Below are positions 60,760-64,000 of a stretch of 64,000 bases of DNA, one piece after another. Position 1 is the first letter of the stretch, and each line of letters starts with the position of its first letter. The position numbers and the translations under genes are program-made. The stretch is taken from the NCBI GenBank assembly GCA_016926505.1, contig JAFGOM010000009.1, forward strand, positions 2,805 through 66,804, read 5' to 3'. The notes under the pieces were generated by a model. It ran no database searches. It was not told the origin of the DNA and was given only the letters and a program-made list of their open reading frames with translations. Origin of the DNA: Methanospirillaceae archaeon (GTDB taxonomy: Archaea > Halobacteriota > Methanomicrobia > Methanomicrobiales > Methanospirillaceae).

Positions 60760-62802
60760 ATGGAACCACTTGTAAAAGACGAACTGGATAAGAAAGCAAC
60801 CAAAGTATTTGCAGGGAGAGTCGTCAGAAAAGACCTGGTTCGGAATGTAAAAGTAGGAGCCAATGTTCCGGTTTTTGTCCTGGAATTTCTCCTCGGTACC
60901 TATTGTGCCAGTGACGATCAGGTTGCCATAGATGCCGGCCTGAAGATAGTAAACTCAACCCTCTCTGAGAACTTCGTCCGTCCTGACGAATCCACCAAAG
61001 CCCAATCCCTTGTCCGGGAACGGGGCAAGCACATGATCATCGATAAAATAAAGGTGCGGTACGATTCAGAAGAGGATAAGTACTGGGCTGAACTGGTTAA
61101 TTTCAGCCATAAATATGTGCATATTCCGGAGAAGTACGTCATCCAGTTTGATCGTCTGCTCCTTGGGGGAATCTGGGCTCAGGTCACCATCCGGCATATG
61201 TATGACGAGGAGGCTACCGGGAAGAAGAGCCCGTTCTGGATAGATAATATAAAACCGATCCAGTTGGCCTCGTTCAATCTTGATGAGTATAAAGAAGGAA
61301 GGAAAGCATTCACCACTGATGAGTGGATAGATTTCCTCATTCGCAGTCTCGGGATGCAGCCATCAGAATTTAACCGGCGGCTGAAGATGCTCTATCTACT
61401 CAGGCTGGTTCCGTTCTGTGAGCATAACTATAATCTCATCGAACTCGGACCCAGGGGGACCGGAAAATCCTACGCATACCAGGAGATCTCCCCTTATGGG
61501 ATTCTTCTCACCGGACCGACCACGGTTGCAAACCTCTTCTATAACATGGGAACCGGGAAGATGGGGCTCATTGGCCTTTGGGATGTAGTTGCATTTGACG
61601 AGGTTGCTGATCTGCAAAAAATGCCTAAAGAGATCATCACAATGCTCAAGACCTATTGTGAGTCTGGATCTTTTGCACGCGGCCGGGAACAACTAGCAGC
61701 ATATGCATCCCTTGCCATGTTCGGCAATACGAACCAACCGATTGATGTCATGGTGAAATCATCTCATCTCTTTATGCCGCTGCCTGATATCATCCGAACC
61801 GATATGGCATTCATCGACCGGATTCATTCCTATCTTCCTGGATGGGAGATCCCAAAGATGCAAACCCGGTTCTTTACCAGCAATTACGGGTTTGTCGTTG
61901 ATTACTTAGCCGAGGCTATCCGGGATCTTCGCAAATATAATTTCACTGATGTTATCGATCAATACTTCTCATTTGGAACCCATCTAAACGCTCGTGATGT
62001 AAAAGCAGTCAGAAGAACCGTCTCAGGAATGATGAAACTCCTCTACCCTCATAGTGAATATACCAAAGAGGAACTCGCCGAGGTTCTGGAGCTCTCACTT
62101 GAATGCCGGAGAAGGGTGAAGGAACAACTCAAGAAGATGGGATCGTTTGAGTACTATCAGACTTCATTCTCTTATATTGACAACGAAACTCGAGCAGAAG
62201 TATATGTCGGTGTTCCGGAAGAAGGAGGACGGGGACTGATATCTCCGGACCCACTCGCTCCTGGATCGGTATATTGTGCATCGGTTGACACCGAAGGAAA
62301 AGTCGGTCTTTACCGGATAGAAGTGGGGATGAGTGCCGGAACCGGAAAACTCAAATTTCGTGGAGGAATTGCAGGAAGTATGAAAGAGTCAATTCAGCGG
62401 GCTTTTTCATACATCGAGAGTCATAAAGTTTCGATGGGAATCGGCCAGGAGTTTGATACCTCAGATTTCCATGTCGAGGCAATTGACCTATTAAGTAACC
62501 GCATCCCGGCAGATTCTGGAGTTGCATTCATCACCGCTGTTTATTCAGCAATCAGATCTCATCCGGTCCGACCAGGAGTTGTCATACTTGGTGATATCAG
62601 TATTCAAGGGAACATCAAACCGTTATCTTCACTCATTGAGGTTCTCCAGAATACCATGGATAACGGAGGAAAGTCAGCAATTATTCCGTTAGAAAATAAG
62701 CGGATGTTTCTTGAAGTGTCCGGTGATATTCTCGAGCAGGTAGATCCGATTTTTTATGGAGATCCGATAACAGCGGCAATGAAAGCGTTAGGGTTGCATT
62801 AG
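60760..62802 (+). CDS. brxL: BREX Lon-like protease BrxL
   Basis: 680 aa. AAA-like 'IELGPRGTGKSY', 'VAFDEV', and a C-terminal Lon protease-like domain. Terminal position in the operon. Confidence 0.85.
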   Translation: MEPLVKDELDKKATKVFAGRVVRKDLVRNVKVGANVPVFVLEFLLGTYCASDDQVAIDAGLKIVNSTLSENFVRPDESTKAQSLVRERGKHMIIDKIKVRYDSEEDKYWAELVNFSHKYVHIPEKYVIQFDRLLLGGIWAQVTIRHMYDEEATGKKSPFWIDNIKPIQLASFNLDEYKEGRKAFTTDEWIDFLIRSLGMQPSEFNRRLKMLYLLRLVPFCEHNYNLIELGPRGTGKSYAYQEISPYGILLTGPTTVANLFYNMGTGKMGLIGLWDVVAFDEVADLQKMPKEIITMLKTYCESGSFARGREQLAAYASLAMFGNTNQPIDVMVKSSHLFMPLPDIIRTDMAFIDRIHSYLPGWEIPKMQTRFFTSNYGFVVDYLAEAIRDLRKYNFTDVIDQYFSFGTHLNARDVKAVRRTVSGMMKLLYPHSEYTKEELAEVLELSLECRRRVKEQLKKMGSFEYYQTSFSYIDNETRAEVYVGVPEEGGRGLISPDPLAPGSVYCASVDTEGKVGLYRIEVGMSAGTGKLKFRGGIAGSMKESIQRAFSYIESHKVSMGIGQEFDTSDFHVEAIDLLSNRIPADSGVAFITAVYSAIRSHPVRPGVVILGDISIQGNIKPLSSLIEVLQNTMDNGGKSAIIPLENKRMFLEVSGDILEQVDPIFYGDPITAAMKALGLH

Positions 62803-62897
62803 ATGGGGATGAATTCACACAGTGGGCTCACTACTCAATATAAAAGTACATATTACCTGCTGACATCAGATACCCTTTTGTCATGAAAAAACTGTTC

Positions 62898-62904
62898 TTT
62901 TTTT
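62898..62904 (+). terminator. Oligo-T tract downstream of brxL
   Basis: A T7 run about 95 nt after the brxL stop. Confidence 0.25.
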
Positions 62905-63149
62905 GTTAGTCAACCCGGATGATTATATCATCACGATTTTAAAGAAGGATAGCATCCTTTCTGGTTATTCGGGGAACAAACGGTTAATTCTTCCCTTCAC
63001 ATGATACTCAATGGGTAGATTTACCATAAAATATCCCACTAAACAAATTTCGTATCTGACCTAAAGAAAGAAGTGATGAACCTGCCATTATGAATACCGG
63101 TAAGAAGAATCAATGGATTCGATTCTTTGAAGAAAAAAAGATGGATCTC

Positions 63150-63938
63150 CTACATCATCAGAAACTGGTATACAAACCCGATAACAACGAGAGCAAGACA
63201 ACAGCCAGCGACGAGATCGTATCGGGTATAGGGCTCCTTATGGACCAACAGGCGGTTCTTTGTCCGGTACCCACGCATATCAAGGGTAAGACCGATGACC
63301 TGGGTCTTTGCAAGTGAATTTGCCACAAGCGGGATGAGAATCGGTTTTAAACTCTTAATCTTGCCTTTAATTCCGGTTCCCGGATTGTATCCGCGTGAGA
63401 GTTGGGCCTCGTGGATCCGTCGCCCCTCCATCTGCAGGCTCGGGATAAACCGGATGGTAATCAGGAACATGAGAACGTAATCAACCGGCATCCGGAAGAT
63501 GAGAAGACCACTGACAAGTTCACTGGGCTTGGTTGAGAAGATAAAGAGCTGAAACGTCAGGATCATCACGATGAACCGGAACGAGAGGAGGAGACCGAGC
63601 ATTAATCCCCCGGTGGTTATCGGGAATGCACCCCCGATCACCGGAACCGCCATTGGGATAAGGTGACCAATCACCGGCCCTGAAGTGACCGTGCAGACCG
63701 TAATTATCACAAGAATGATGATTAAAAGACCAAGAAACGGTAATTGCCTGATAAATTCATGATGCAGTCTGCAAGCCGCTGCAATAAGAAAGATAGCGAC
63801 GAGAAGCAGGAGTAAAAAGACAAGATTCGGTGAGAAGACACAGAGTGATACGATGACAAGGACGGCTACCAGTTTCGTGACCGGATGCAGCCGGTGAAGA
63901 AGACTGTTACCCGGAATATACTGGAGGATCTCAGTCAT
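63150..63938 (-). CDS. ECF transporter T component / cobalt ABC permease CbiQ family
   Basis: Five to six TM helices and the conserved 'EAQLSRGY' (A-R-G motif region) of the EcfT/CbiQ family. Confidence 0.8.
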   Translation of the reverse strand: MTEILQYIPGNSLLHRLHPVTKLVAVLVIVSLCVFSPNLVFLLLLLVAIFLIAAACRLHHEFIRQLPFLGLLIIILVIITVCTVTSGPVIGHLIPMAVPVIGGAFPITTGGLMLGLLLSFRFIVMILTFQLFIFSTKPSELVSGLLIFRMPVDYVLMFLITIRFIPSLQMEGRRIHEAQLSRGYNPGTGIKGKIKSLKPILIPLVANSLAKTQVIGLTLDMRGYRTKNRLLVHKEPYTRYDLVAGCCLALVVIGFVYQFLMM

Positions 63939-64000
63939 GGCACACCCCTTTCATCTGGTAATCCCCGGTAATTCTTCCGTTCTCCATGCAGATGATCCGA
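63931..64000 (-). CDS. C-terminal end of an upstream ABC/ECF ATPase gene (partial, runs off the window)
   Basis: The reverse frame reads '..RIICMENGRITGDYQMKGVCHD*', the usual ABC ATPase C-terminal 'v..l..G.i' pattern. It overlaps the EcfT start by 8 nt. A second frame is also open, so this call is tentative. Confidence 0.35.
   Translation of the reverse strand, partial: RIICMENGRITGDYQMKGVCHD

Larger units (their letters stand above)
44192..62802 (+). other. Type 1 BREX defence island with five nested extra genes
   Basis: The co-directional order is brxA-brxB-brxC-pglX-(5 ORFs)-pglZ-brxL. Junctions are overlapping or very short. AT-rich non-coding DNA flanks both ends. Confidence 0.85.

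Noticed and set aside
63090-63317. 75-aa plus-strand ORF at the end of the window
   Set aside because: It overlaps the 3' end of the well-supported minus-strand EcfT/CbiQ gene, and its sequence has no recognisable features.
1-64000. A search by eye for CRISPR arrays, tRNA/rRNA genes, RNase P/SRP RNA motifs, integrases and transposases
   Set aside because: I saw no regularly spaced direct repeats, no tRNA T-arm-like 'GGTTCGAATCC'-type motifs, no 'GAGGAAAGTCC' and no recombinase-like ORFs. This is a manual scan only, so small RNAs (for example C/D box sRNAs) could easily have been missed.

Overview
This looks like an archaeal chromosomal segment, probably euryarchaeal and Methanomicrobia-like; that placement is inferred from gene content only. 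From 1 to 43.8 kb the genes are mostly ordinary core or accessory genes. They include a PaaI thioesterase, a frameshifted hemerythrin-like gene, an Fe-S aldo/keto reductase, and a response regulator with a CHASE4-type hybrid histidine kinase. They also include a two-subunit 2-oxoacid:ferredoxin oxidoreductase, the translation block endA-trpS-pheS-pheT, a 1,334-aa repeat/HEAT protein, a Trm5-family methyltransferase and CheW. Further on are a CARDB-like surface protein with a MacB-type ABC exporter, an O-methyltransferase, a 7TM-PAS histidine kinase, a bactofilin-like membrane protein and a malic enzyme. An acetate module follows: an MFS transporter, two tandem AMP-forming acetyl-CoA synthetases and a divergent wHTH-PAS regulator. 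From 44.2 to 62.8 kb lies an 18.6-kb type 1 BREX island (brxA-brxB-brxC-pglX ... pglZ-brxL). The island is compositionally mosaic. Its pglX is split by a 1-nt frameshift and carries a sharply bounded AT-rich segment of about 1 kb directly after the NPPY motif. The main finding is five extra co-directional genes nested between pglX and pglZ. The first four are tightly packed, three of their junctions being ATGA start/stop overlaps: an N-terminal-TM protein, a small HEPN-like protein with an Rx4H motif, a ParA/MinD-like ATPase with a variant 'KGGIGRTT' Walker A, and a 498-aa P-loop NTPase. They match no named defence system that I recognise. The fifth is a DUF1016/YhcG PD-(D/E)xK nuclease. I recognised no rRNA, tRNA, CRISPR array, integrase or transposase. 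The window ends in the T component of an ECF/cobalt-type transporter.
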